A DNA stretch of 64,000 bases from an uncultured virus (IMG/VR IMGVR_UViG_3300043466_001742) (lineage: Duplodnaviria > Heunggongvirae > Uroviricota > Caudoviricetes): the IMG/VR virus record IMGVR_UViG_3300043466_001742, positions 1 to 64,000 of that record; one strand, given 5' to 3'. Of this stretch, positions 41,633-50,374 are shown one piece after another (the first letter of the stretch is position 1; each line of letters begins with the position of its first letter). The notes below the pieces were generated by a model. The model searched no databases. It was not told the DNA's origin and saw only the letters and a program-made list of their open reading frames with translations. The position numbers and the translations under genes were made by a program.

Positions 41633-44011
41633 ATGGATTTATTTAATCCACCAAAATTATTCAATTACAATATTATGATAAAAGATTTGGATTTTTCAAA
41701 GCTTGAAAACCCATCTATTCAAGTGGTGTGGGAAGACCTACAAGAAAATTTCACACAAGACAAAATGAAAAGTGTTAAACATTACTTCCAAAAGAAGTAT
41801 AACACCACAAATGTTAATGTTGTTACAAAAGTAAAAAATGTTGATACTGAAACTATGCAAACGGTTGATGTGTCAATGAATATTACAGATACAAATTACC
41901 AACTTGATTTGTTAAAAAAATTCTTGGAATCCAAGGGATATGGAGAACACCTTAAAGAAGTTTTGGATTTAAACCAAACGGTTGAAAACAAAATGAAAGA
42001 AGATGATGTTGATACAACACAATTTAAAAAGTGGTATATTAGAAACATTGAGTTCTCCAACTTTTTATCATATGGTGAAAACCAACGACTTGATTTTGAT
42101 AAGTTAAATGGAATAGTTGTTGTTGAATCAGATCCTCCAAATTTTGGAGGTAAAACCGTATTATCGGTGGATTTATTAATGTTCCTATTCTTTAACGAAA
42201 CAACAAAAACATCAAAGGCTGAAGAAGTATTTAATCGATTTACCGATAAAAACTCGGTAGTTGTAAAAGGTGAGATTACAATTGATGGGGAAGATTATAT
42301 TATTGTAAGAACCATTGAAAGAAAAAAATCAAAGAAAGGTGAATGGAATGTTAAGACCGAGCTTGATTTCTTTAAAAAACTACACGATGGATCATTACAG
42401 AATTTCACCGGTGAGCAAAGACGAGAAACTGAAGCTTTCATTAAAAACTCAATCGGAACCAAGGAAGATTTCTTAATGACAATTCTTACAACAGCAACAA
42501 ACCTGGAAGAACTATTGGAATCAAAACCAACCGCCAGAGGGCAAGTCCTATCAAGGTTTATGGGTCTTGAATTTTTAAAGAGAAAAGAAGAAGCGGCAAA
42601 AGAAATTTATTCTTCATTTAGTAAATCAAAAATATCAAACCTTTATAGTTCAGAACAACTAAAACAAGATATTGAAACTTTCGAGGAAAAAATTACTGAA
42701 CTAAATAGCCAGATTGATGTATTACAAAAAGAAGTAAAAGAAATTGAAGAAGGTATTGCAAAAGGAAAGGATTATAGAGATTCAATGTTAAAAAAGAAAC
42801 ACACAGACATTGATAAAGAAATTGCATTACTTAATCCGGAAACAACAAAATCTCAAATTGAGACTTTAAAGAAAGAAAAAGAAGGATATGTTGAATTATT
42901 ATCTAATTTAAAAGTTGTTGAACCAGAACAATATTATAAAGAAGATGAACACGATAAAGTAAAAGAGGATTATAAAAATAAATTCCAATCAAAAATTGAA
43001 CTTGAAACCAAAATTTCTGAAATCGAAAAATTACAATCATCAGTGAAGGGTGGCATTAAGTGCGAACATTGTGGTATTGAGTTAATGAACGCGGCAATAA
43101 CACAACAAAAAATTTCGGAACTTGATGGATTTACACAACAAAAAAAGGTTATTGAGAAGTTAATGACGGAATTATCCAACAAAGAAAAAGAATTTGTTGA
43201 GACAAAAAGACAGTTTGATGAATATGAAAAAAACAAACTTATCAAAGAAAAATATGATTTGAGTGTTGAAAGCTGTGATCTTAAAATATCTGGTTTGGAA
43301 GATAAATTAAAAAGGTGGGATGAAGTCCAGGATAAAATTAAAACAAACGATCAGATTGATGCAATGTTAATCAAAGCTGATTTGAAATTGGATAGTTATG
43401 ATAAACTATTAAGAGAAAAGAACAATACAATCAACTCAAATGAGTATAGTATCAAATCTAACCAGGAAAAGATTACAAACAACAAAAATTTAATTGTAAA
43501 AATTAAAGAAGAGGAAAGTAAGGATAAGATTTATAAAATGTATCTGGAAAGTTATGGTAAAAATGGTGTTAGTAAAATTATTATGAGAACTATGATGCCA
43601 CTTATTAACTCTGAATTACAAAGATTGATGGAAGATTCTTCATATTTCAAATTAGAGATTAGAATTAACGATAAGTCAGAGGTTGAGTTCATCCAGGTAG
43701 ATAATAATACCGGTGTTGAAAAGTTAATGGTTAGTGGTTCTGGTTATGAAAAAACAATTGCTTCACTTGCTTTAAGATCTGTCTTGAGTAAGGTATGTTC
43801 TCTACCAAAACCCAACCTTGTAGTATTCGACGAGGTATTTGGTAAAATAAGTAATGACAACTTAGAAATGGTTTCTGAATTTTTTGTTAAGATTAAGGAT
43901 TATTTTGATAAAGTGTTTGTAATTACACACAATCCAATGGTAAGTCAGTGGGCAGATAGTGTAGTTAAAATTACAAAACAAAATAATATTTCAAAACTCT
44001 TGGTGGACTAG
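41633..44011 (+). CDS. Rad50/SbcC/gp46-like ATPase
   Basis: NFLSYG, Walker A NFGGKT, coiled coils, Zn hook CEHC, signature SGSGYE, Walker B VVFDE and ITH. Confidence 0.88.
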   Translation: MDLFNPPKLFNYNIMIKDLDFSKLENPSIQVVWEDLQENFTQDKMKSVKHYFQKKYNTTNVNVVTKVKNVDTETMQTVDVSMNITDTNYQLDLLKKFLESKGYGEHLKEVLDLNQTVENKMKEDDVDTTQFKKWYIRNIEFSNFLSYGENQRLDFDKLNGIVVVESDPPNFGGKTVLSVDLLMFLFFNETTKTSKAEEVFNRFTDKNSVVVKGEITIDGEDYIIVRTIERKKSKKGEWNVKTELDFFKKLHDGSLQNFTGEQRRETEAFIKNSIGTKEDFLMTILTTATNLEELLESKPTARGQVLSRFMGLEFLKRKEEAAKEIYSSFSKSKISNLYSSEQLKQDIETFEEKITELNSQIDVLQKEVKEIEEGIAKGKDYRDSMLKKKHTDIDKEIALLNPETTKSQIETLKKEKEGYVELLSNLKVVEPEQYYKEDEHDKVKEDYKNKFQSKIELETKISEIEKLQSSVKGGIKCEHCGIELMNAAITQQKISELDGFTQQKKVIEKLMTELSNKEKEFVETKRQFDEYEKNKLIKEKYDLSVESCDLKISGLEDKLKRWDEVQDKIKTNDQIDAMLIKADLKLDSYDKLLREKNNTINSNEYSIKSNQEKITNNKNLIVKIKEEESKDKIYKMYLESYGKNGVSKIIMRTMMPLINSELQRLMEDSSYFKLEIRINDKSEVEFIQVDNNTGVEKLMVSGSGYEKTIASLALRSVLSKVCSLPKPNLVVFDEVFGKISNDNLEMVSEFFVKIKDYFDKVFVITHNPMVSQWADSVVKITKQNNISKLLVD

Positions 44012-44043
44012 AAAATTGTTTGTAAGTTTAGTAAAAAAATATT

Positions 44044-44673
44044 ATGGGGATAAACTCTGAAAAAGGTAGGGAAGTTCAAAAAGAATACTCAACCAAAAAA
44101 GAAAAAGAAATTTGTGAAGTTAGAAATTTAATACAAGTTGGTGGTAGTAAAACTAAAATTGATGGGACTAATGGTAATCAGAATGAAAGTATTAAAAATT
44201 TTTCTGGTAAAAGCACACAAGTTCATTTAACAACTCAAAAAAAATTTATAAAAAAATTTAATTTAAACGGATTAAGTAAAAAATTTATTGAACTTTTTTG
44301 TGGCGATACGACTATTAACAATAATGGTAAAGATCGTTTCCATACAAATGAAATCGATGATGAAATAAAAAATGAATTTTTATCATTTTTAGAACAAAAT
44401 AAAGAAAAAATTATTGAATTGATAATTTGTAATGGTGAAAATATAACTAATGTAACAATAAGAGATTTACAAAATGGTAAAATATATACTAAGAGTTACC
44501 AAGAGATACAAAAAATTTGTGAAAATACAACTTGGGTAATGTTAAAAGGTGGTGTCCATTTAAAAAATGAAAAAAATAAAACAATTTTTCATTTACAAAG
44601 AGAAGGTAAAAAAAATAAAAATAATAGATTTAATGTTTTGTTCCATATTCATAAAAATTTATTTTTAAATTAA
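44044..44673 (+). CDS. Putative type II restriction-like endonuclease
   Basis: KTKID..SIK..TQV..HLQREG..VLFH recalls HinP1I/MspI-type nucleases. Sits directly upstream of an MTase. Confidence 0.45.
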   Translation: MGINSEKGREVQKEYSTKKEKEICEVRNLIQVGGSKTKIDGTNGNQNESIKNFSGKSTQVHLTTQKKFIKKFNLNGLSKKFIELFCGDTTINNNGKDRFHTNEIDDEIKNEFLSFLEQNKEKIIELIICNGENITNVTIRDLQNGKIYTKSYQEIQKICENTTWVMLKGGVHLKNEKNKTIFHLQREGKKNKNNRFNVLFHIHKNLFLN

Positions 44674-44691
44674 AATATTTATAATTACATT

Positions 44692-45408
44692 ATGTTAAAA
44701 CTTATTTTAGGTGACTCCTTGGATGAATTAAAAAAAATTGATGATGAGTCAATTTCTTGTATTGTCACATCACCACCTTATAATAAAAAAGGATTGATTG
44801 GTAAAGTAAAACCAGGTAATCAAGTTTGGAAAAAATTTAATATAGATTATAATTCGTATGGTGACGACTTGAAAGAAGATGATTATAAAAATTGGATGGT
44901 TCAGATCCTTGACGAAATGTATAGAGTTTTAAAAAAAGATGGATCCATATTCTTTAATCATAAACCAAGAAGACACAATAACAAGGTTTATTTACCAACC
45001 GATTTTATCTCTAAATCAAAATTAGATTTATACCAATTAATAATTTGGAATAGATTGTCTAGTCCAAACATAAGAAAAGATGTTTTATTACCATGTACTG
45101 AACACATTTACTGGTTGACAAAATCAAAACCAAAAGTTTTTAAAAATAATGTGGATAAACAATTTCATTCTGAAGTTTGGATTATAAATCCAGATAAAAA
45201 CACACAACATCCAGCACCTTTTCCACAAAAATTAGTTGAAAATTGTATCTTATTATCAACAGATGAAAACGATGTTGTTTTAGACCCTTTTTTAGGTTCT
45301 GGCACATCAGGAATTGTTGCTAGTAGATTAAATAGAAATTTTATTGGTATTGAAATTGACGAAAAGTATATGGGTTTATCAAAAAGTCTTTTAGAAGAAA
45401 AAATTTAA
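44692..45408 (+). CDS. Beta-class N4-cytosine/N6-adenine DNA methyltransferase
   Basis: TSPPY precedes HPAPFP and DPFLGSGT. Confidence 0.9.
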   Translation: MLKLILGDSLDELKKIDDESISCIVTSPPYNKKGLIGKVKPGNQVWKKFNIDYNSYGDDLKEDDYKNWMVQILDEMYRVLKKDGSIFFNHKPRRHNNKVYLPTDFISKSKLDLYQLIIWNRLSSPNIRKDVLLPCTEHIYWLTKSKPKVFKNNVDKQFHSEVWIINPDKNTQHPAPFPQKLVENCILLSTDENDVVLDPFLGSGTSGIVASRLNRNFIGIEIDEKYMGLSKSLLEEKI

Positions 45409-45440
45409 GGGTTTATAACCAACCAATTCAGAATTTTTAC

Positions 45441-45448
45441 TATCTTTG
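45441..45448 (+). promoter_or_regulatory. Bacteroidota-type -7 element (TATCTTTG)
   Basis: Matches TAnnTTTG upstream of the sigma-factor operon. No clear -33 element. Confidence 0.5.
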
Positions 45449-45468
45449 TTGAACCAAAATAAAAAACT

Positions 45469-46002
45469 ATGAAATATTTATTGTTTGTTTATCCCTGTGA
45501 TGATAGCTGGGACCCAACAGAGTCAAATGAAAAAATAGCAAGTGAATTAGCTACAGTTTCAAAATCAGACGATATAAAATATGTTTATGGTGAAAACCAT
45601 AGTATTTTTCACTTTGATTCGATACTATCACCTTCAGAAATGAGCGACTATGTTGAACTTATTAAGGATGAATCACCAGAGTTTATGTTCGTATTAGCCC
45701 AAGGTGTTAAAAGTGTAAATTCAAATATGGATAGCAATCATTTGGAACACTTATTGAAGGTCAATAAAAGAGGTAGAAAACCAAAGTCAAATCCAATCAA
45801 AGAAGTATTGTCAAACGATCATCTAGGTTTCGATATTTCGAAATTTATGGAAGAGAATAGAATCCGTGTTGAAGAATTTTTAAAAAATCAAGTATGCGAC
45901 TTGACTCTTGACGAAATTTTGGATAAAATTACAGAACAAGGAATTGACTCATTAACAAGAGCTGAGAAAGATAAATTAGACGAATATTCAAAACAAATAT
46001 AA
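45469..46002 (+). CDS. Hypothetical protein with DUF6576-like C-terminus
   Basis: LDEILDKITEQGIDSLTRAEKDKL. Confidence 0.6.
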   Translation: MKYLLFVYPCDDSWDPTESNEKIASELATVSKSDDIKYVYGENHSIFHFDSILSPSEMSDYVELIKDESPEFMFVLAQGVKSVNSNMDSNHLEHLLKVNKRGRKPKSNPIKEVLSNDHLGFDISKFMEENRIRVEEFLKNQVCDLTLDEILDKITEQGIDSLTRAEKDKLDEYSKQI

Positions 46003-46009
46003 TTATAAT

Positions 46010-46810
46010 ATGAAGGAAAAAAACACCGGAGTTCCAATTAACCAGGAAGAGATTTATCACTACCTAAAAGACATTAGAAAGATTAAGGTTATGACACCTG
46101 ATCGTGAAAAAGAACTGGCCATAAAAATGAAGTCAGATGAAATCTCTGATCGTGAAAAAAGAAAAATTGAAGAAGAACTATTACGAGGAAATCTTCGTTT
46201 TGTAATTACGGTTGCAAAACAATACCAAAATCAAGGTCTTGATTTATCGGACCTTATTGCTGAAGGAAATCTTGGATTAATGAAAGCAATTAAAAACTTT
46301 GATTGGAGTAAAGATCTACGATTTATATCATATGCTGTATGGTGGGTTAAACAATCAATTATCCAATCATTAAATGATAATGCAAGAACAATTAGACTCC
46401 CAGTTAATGTTGTCCAAGATTTACATAAAGCAAAAAAAGAAGTTGAGCAATCTGGAAAAAAACTTGACGAGAGGTTTTCATCCCTCCCCTCAATAATCAA
46501 TCTTGATATGAATATCAACGAAGAAGGTGATACACTTATTGATATGATTGTAAATCAAGATGCTGATGCTCCGGACGCTGGATTTGATACCAAAGACATT
46601 TTAAAAGATAAATTATTATCATTACTAAATGTTTTGGACGACCGTGAAAAAGTAATTGTTGGTGACTACTTTGGGTTAACCGGAACACCAAGAACTTTGG
46701 AGGATATTGGATCTGATTTTAATTTAACGAAAGAGCGCGTTAGGCAGATAAAGGAAAAAGCACTTCGTAGACTTCGTAATGAATCATCCGAATTATTTGA
46801 CTACCTATGA
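46010..46810 (+). CDS. RNA polymerase sigma-70 family factor
   Basis: NLRFVITVAKQY, DLIAEGNLGL, RFISYAVWWVKQSI and region-4 HTH TLEDIG..LTKERVRQIKEKAL. Confidence 0.93.
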   Translation: MKEKNTGVPINQEEIYHYLKDIRKIKVMTPDREKELAIKMKSDEISDREKRKIEEELLRGNLRFVITVAKQYQNQGLDLSDLIAEGNLGLMKAIKNFDWSKDLRFISYAVWWVKQSIIQSLNDNARTIRLPVNVVQDLHKAKKEVEQSGKKLDERFSSLPSIINLDMNINEEGDTLIDMIVNQDADAPDAGFDTKDILKDKLLSLLNVLDDREKVIVGDYFGLTGTPRTLEDIGSDFNLTKERVRQIKEKALRRLRNESSELFDYL

Positions 46811-47718
46811 TAAATGTACTTTCTCTTTTCGACGGGATGAGTTGTGGCCAGATTGCTCTTAATAGAGCTGGAATAAAGTATGATAAGTATTTTGCTTCCG
46901 AGATTGATAAATATGCCATCCAGGTAACACAACACAACTATCCAGAAACAATACAAATTGGAGATATTTTAAATGTTAAAGGAAGTGATTTACCAAAAAT
47001 TGATATTATGTTTGGTGGATCACCTTGTCAGGGATTTTCCTTTGCAGGTAGACAATTAAACTTTGATGATCCACGCAGTAAATTATTTTTTGAATTTGTA
47101 AGATTAAAAAACGAATTAAACCCAAAATATTTTTTATTAGAAAATGTTGTAATGAAACAAGAATTTCAAGACGTTATAACAGAATATATGGGTGTCAAAC
47201 CAATTAAAATAAATAGTTCATTAGTTTCTGCCCAAACTAGAGAACGTCTTTACTGGACAAACATACCAAATGTAAATCAACCAGAAGATCTTGGTATAAA
47301 ATTAGAAGACATTTTAGAAGATATTGGTTCGGACGGTAATTATTATGATAGAAAAAAACTAAATAAGGCAACAATTCTTGGTCGGAGATTAAATGAACAC
47401 GGTAAAAGAGATGATTATAATAAATCAATACCAATCACACAATGTTTGGAAGTTAGAGCAACAAATAGAAATAAAAGTAATTGTATAACAACTGTAGCCA
47501 AGGATAATGTTTTAACAACACTACCAATCGGTAGACATATTGACGCATTTAAAAACAAACTACCTTTTAGATATTACACAATCAAAGAATATTGTAGATT
47601 ACAAACAGTGCCGGATAATTATTTTGATGGTGTTGCTAGTGAAAATCAAATAAGAAAAATGATTGGTAATGGATGGACCGTAGATGTGATTGCACATATT
47701 TTTAAAAATATTTATTAG
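46807..47718 (+). CDS. DNA (cytosine-5) methyltransferase
   Basis: LFDGMSCG, GGSPCQGFS, LLENV, QTRER and IGNGW. Confidence 0.92.
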   Translation: MINVLSLFDGMSCGQIALNRAGIKYDKYFASEIDKYAIQVTQHNYPETIQIGDILNVKGSDLPKIDIMFGGSPCQGFSFAGRQLNFDDPRSKLFFEFVRLKNELNPKYFLLENVVMKQEFQDVITEYMGVKPIKINSSLVSAQTRERLYWTNIPNVNQPEDLGIKLEDILEDIGSDGNYYDRKKLNKATILGRRLNEHGKRDDYNKSIPITQCLEVRATNRNKSNCITTVAKDNVLTTLPIGRHIDAFKNKLPFRYYTIKEYCRLQTVPDNYFDGVASENQIRKMIGNGWTVDVIAHIFKNIY

Positions 47719-47723
47719 GAAAG

Positions 47724-47754
47724 TTTGGTAATTAGAAAAAACTTTTTATCTTTG
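47724..47754 (+). promoter_or_regulatory. Bacteroidota primary-sigma promoter
   Basis: TTTG (47724)-N19-TATCTTTG (47747). Confidence 0.75.
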
Positions 47755-47759
47755 TATTA

Positions 47760-47970
47760 TTAAATTAATAACAACTTGTTTTTGGGCTCCCAAGTATAGA
47801 AAAGGAGTTTATCTCTTAACTTACGGGTTAGGGGGGGTGATTGAAAAAGATGGGAGGTCCCCAAAATACACAGAAATGTGGTAATCATCAGCTATCCCAT
47901 ATACAGCTCGATGGGCGTTAAAATCTTACGAGATAAGATTAAAAAAGGACGGATAAACCGTCCTTTTTTT
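47760..47970 (+). ncRNA. Putative structured ncRNA 1
   Basis: GC-richer non-coding unit between a promoter and a terminator. It has a pseudoknot at 47774-47808 and UACG and GAAA tetraloop hairpins. Confidence 0.6.
47941..47970. terminator. Bidirectional terminator
   Basis: AAAAAAGGACGG-ATAAA-CCGTCCTTTTTTT. Confidence 0.85.
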
Positions 47971-47971
47971 C

Positions 47972-48592
47972 TTATAGATATAAACGTATTGTTTTTTTTA
48001 GATCTTCCGTATCAAAAAATCTTTCTCCTTTTATTTGTGTTATAAATTCTGCGTAATACTGACCTTTACCTTCTTTTCTTACCGCAACAATTTCTTGATA
48101 ATTACCTAAAGTAAGTAAAAATCTTTTTGTTTGTGGAGGTGCCCAACTTGTTGCATTTGTAAAATATTCATTAATTGAATCTTTATAATCAAAAAAAAGA
48201 TTCAACCCTTCGTGTTTTCTAGGGTATAATATATTTAAATGTGATAATCTACCACCAGGTTGATGCTCTGGTTCTTCTGGCCTAAAAAGTCTTTGCGCCC
48301 AATGATCAGAAACTTTAATCTCAAATTTTTTAGAACAAGAATATTTTACAATTTTTTCATTTGGTAATTCTTTTTCTTTTATATCGCTACACCATTCATT
48401 TTTTATATTTGGTGGCCAGTTGTATCTTTCTTTAACATATTTATTTAATTCTTCAACAAGCTCTTTATCAACAGGCATTGATGACCTTCCTTCAGTTAAT
48501 AAATTTTCAAAAAGAAAATCTGGTAAATCAATCTCTTTAATACTGAAAGTCTCAACTTCCTCTTTTAAAATTCTCCTAATTAAACTTTTCAT
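47972..48592 (-). CDS. Hypothetical protein (likely start MKSLIRRILKEE)
   Basis: ATG at 48592 has TATTTAT just upstream. The longer TTG-started ORF would overlap ncRNA 2. Confidence 0.7.
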   Translation of the reverse strand: MKSLIRRILKEEVETFSIKEIDLPDFLFENLLTEGRSSMPVDKELVEELNKYVKERYNWPPNIKNEWCSDIKEKELPNEKIVKYSCSKKFEIKVSDHWAQRLFRPEEPEHQPGGRLSHLNILYPRKHEGLNLFFDYKDSINEYFTNATSWAPPQTKRFLLTLGNYQEIVAVRKEGKGQYYAEFITQIKGERFFDTEDLKKTIRLYL

Positions 48593-48618
48593 ATTTATAA
48601 TAAATACCACAAAAATTA

Positions 48619-48650
48619 TTTGGTAGATTAAAAAAAAGAACATATCTTTG
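48619..48650 (+). promoter_or_regulatory. Bacteroidota primary-sigma promoter
   Basis: TTTG (48619)-N20-TATCTTTG (48643). Confidence 0.75.
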
Positions 48651-48655
48651 TATTG

Positions 48656-48810
48656 TTGATGTAGTTCACAAACACAGAAACAAGGAATGTCAGCCCTCCT
48701 AGTGTAAAGCTGACCACTGAGAATCAAGTGATAGCAAAGATTCGGGTTGGATAAACCTACCTTAATTGGTTAAATATCCATTGAACCCTCCGTTTTTACG
48801 GGGGGTTTTA
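48656..48810 (+). ncRNA. Putative ncRNA 2 with tandem pseudoknots
   Basis: Non-coding unit between a promoter and a terminator, with three consecutive H-type pseudoknot pairings. Confidence 0.62.
48784..48810 (+). terminator. Intrinsic terminator
   Basis: AACCCTCCGT-TTTT-ACGGGGGGTT followed by TT. Confidence 0.75.
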
Positions 48811-48822
48811 TATTTATAACAT

Positions 48823-49314
48823 ATGGAACTATTAAGTGTTTTAAAAAACATAATACTTGAACAAGGAGCAAGAATAAATTTGGGAGATTTCACTGATGAA
48901 GATGGTGACACATTTAAGGTTGTGGCAACAATACATTCTCAAGAAACCACAGCACCTAATACAAGATTTGGTAGAGTAGATGTTAATACTATTGGTGATG
49001 TTATTTTTGAATTCTCGGATGTTTTTTCTGAGCTTGCTAAAACAATATTAGAAGGTGGTAATAAAACAAGTATATTAGTTAAGGATTATTTAAATCTTTT
49101 TGATTTTATTGTTGTACCACATCTAAATAGAAACGGAACATACTCCCTCAATATTGTAACTTCAATAATATACCCAAAAACTTTATCATATAAACCAGAA
49201 AATAAATTAATTATCATAAAAAGTGATGGTGATTTAGTTGTTGAGGAATTTGTAAATCTAAAGTCATTTACAAAATTTGTCAAAGGGAATATAATTGTTC
49301 ATTATGAAAGATAA
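48823..49314 (+). CDS. Hypothetical protein (IILEQ N-terminus)
   Basis: TATTTAT lies 5 nt upstream of the ATG. Confidence 0.65.
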   Translation: MELLSVLKNIILEQGARINLGDFTDEDGDTFKVVATIHSQETTAPNTRFGRVDVNTIGDVIFEFSDVFSELAKTILEGGNKTSILVKDYLNLFDFIVVPHLNRNGTYSLNIVTSIIYPKTLSYKPENKLIIIKSDGDLVVEEFVNLKSFTKFVKGNIIVHYER

Positions 49315-50374
49315 ATTATTACCTTGGTTTTTATTATTTTGTGCGCTAGGTCTTTCCGGAACTGCGGCCTACTATAGTGTTATTGGATTATCTGTGGTTT
49401 TTACAGGTGTTGCAATTCCTGTTATTATAATGGGTAGTTTTCTTGAAATCTCAAAACTCGCAATTGCAACTTATCTTCACGATAAGTGGGACGAAGTATA
49501 TGGTGTTTTAAAAATATATATGACAACAGCCCTCGTAACACTTTCAATCATTACATCACTTGGGATTTATGGTTTATTAAGTACCGGTTTCCAACAGAAT
49601 ATTGCAAAACTTGAAATCAGTGGAAAAAAAGTAAAAAATGTTGAACTTAAAAAAACCAGATTTGAAGAAATTAAAGATGAATTAACCAAGGAAAAAGAAA
49701 CTTTGGATCGTGATATTACAAAATTAAGAGATGGTTTATCAAATAATACGACCACACAATCAGTTGATAGAAAGACCGGTCAAATCATAACAAAAGCAAA
49801 TAATGCCAATAGAAAGACATTTGAAAATCAATTAAAAGATGCACAAATAAGAAGAGATACAATTTCAAAAAAGATTGATAATTTAAATGACAGTATAACA
49901 AATCTAGATGTTGAGATATTAAATATGGAATCTCAGGAAATTGAAGGAAGTGAATTGGGAACCATAAAGTATTTAAGTGAGGTTTTGAATTGGGACATTA
50001 AAAGAACGGCAAATCTTTTTATTTTGATTCTTATTTTTGTTTTTGATCCATTGGCAATAACATTGGTTATTGCAACAAACCAAGCGTTTAAGGGGAATAA
50101 AAAGGACGATGATAATATTCAACCAACCCCCAACCACCCCCCAACTACCCCCCAAGTAGATGAGGGTAACCAAGAAAGTGACCAAGAAAGTGACCAAGTA
50201 CCGACCAAGTACCGACCAAGTACCGACCAAGTAGTTGATATGCCAACAATTGAAATCAAAAGAGAACCATTGAATATAACAGAACAAAAATCCTGGATCC
50301 CAACAAACGAAGAAAAGGGTGAAGAAGTTAATCAAAACATAAAAAGATTGGTTTATAAAAAATCTAATGACTAA
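49304..50374 (+). CDS. Membrane protein with coiled coil
   Basis: About three N-terminal TM segments, a coiled coil, then one more TM segment. Likely start is MKDKLLPW. Confidence 0.7.
   Translation: MKDKLLPWFLLFCALGLSGTAAYYSVIGLSVVFTGVAIPVIIMGSFLEISKLAIATYLHDKWDEVYGVLKIYMTTALVTLSIITSLGIYGLLSTGFQQNIAKLEISGKKVKNVELKKTRFEEIKDELTKEKETLDRDITKLRDGLSNNTTTQSVDRKTGQIITKANNANRKTFENQLKDAQIRRDTISKKIDNLNDSITNLDVEILNMESQEIEGSELGTIKYLSEVLNWDIKRTANLFILILIFVFDPLAITLVIATNQAFKGNKKDDDNIQPTPNHPPTTPQVDEGNQESDQESDQVPTKYRPSTDQVVDMPTIEIKREPLNITEQKSWIPTNEEKGEEVNQNIKRLVYKKSND
50120..50234 (+). repeat. Intragenic 11- and 12-bp tandem repeats
   Basis: CAACYAMCCCC x3, RACCAAGAAAGT x2, and GACCAAGTACC x3 plus a partial copy. 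Confidence 0.85.

Noticed and set aside
48593..48727. N-terminal extension of the 47972..48727 ORF
   Set aside because: It uses a TTG start, has atypical composition and overlaps the plus-strand promoter and ncRNA. The ATG at 48592 has the TATTTAT motif.
47760..48810. tRNA, tmRNA, hammerhead or HDV/theta ribozyme
   Set aside because: There is no cloverleaf or T-arm/CCA end, no tag reading frame and no CUGANGA core. The HDV-like P1.1/P4 elements could not be placed.
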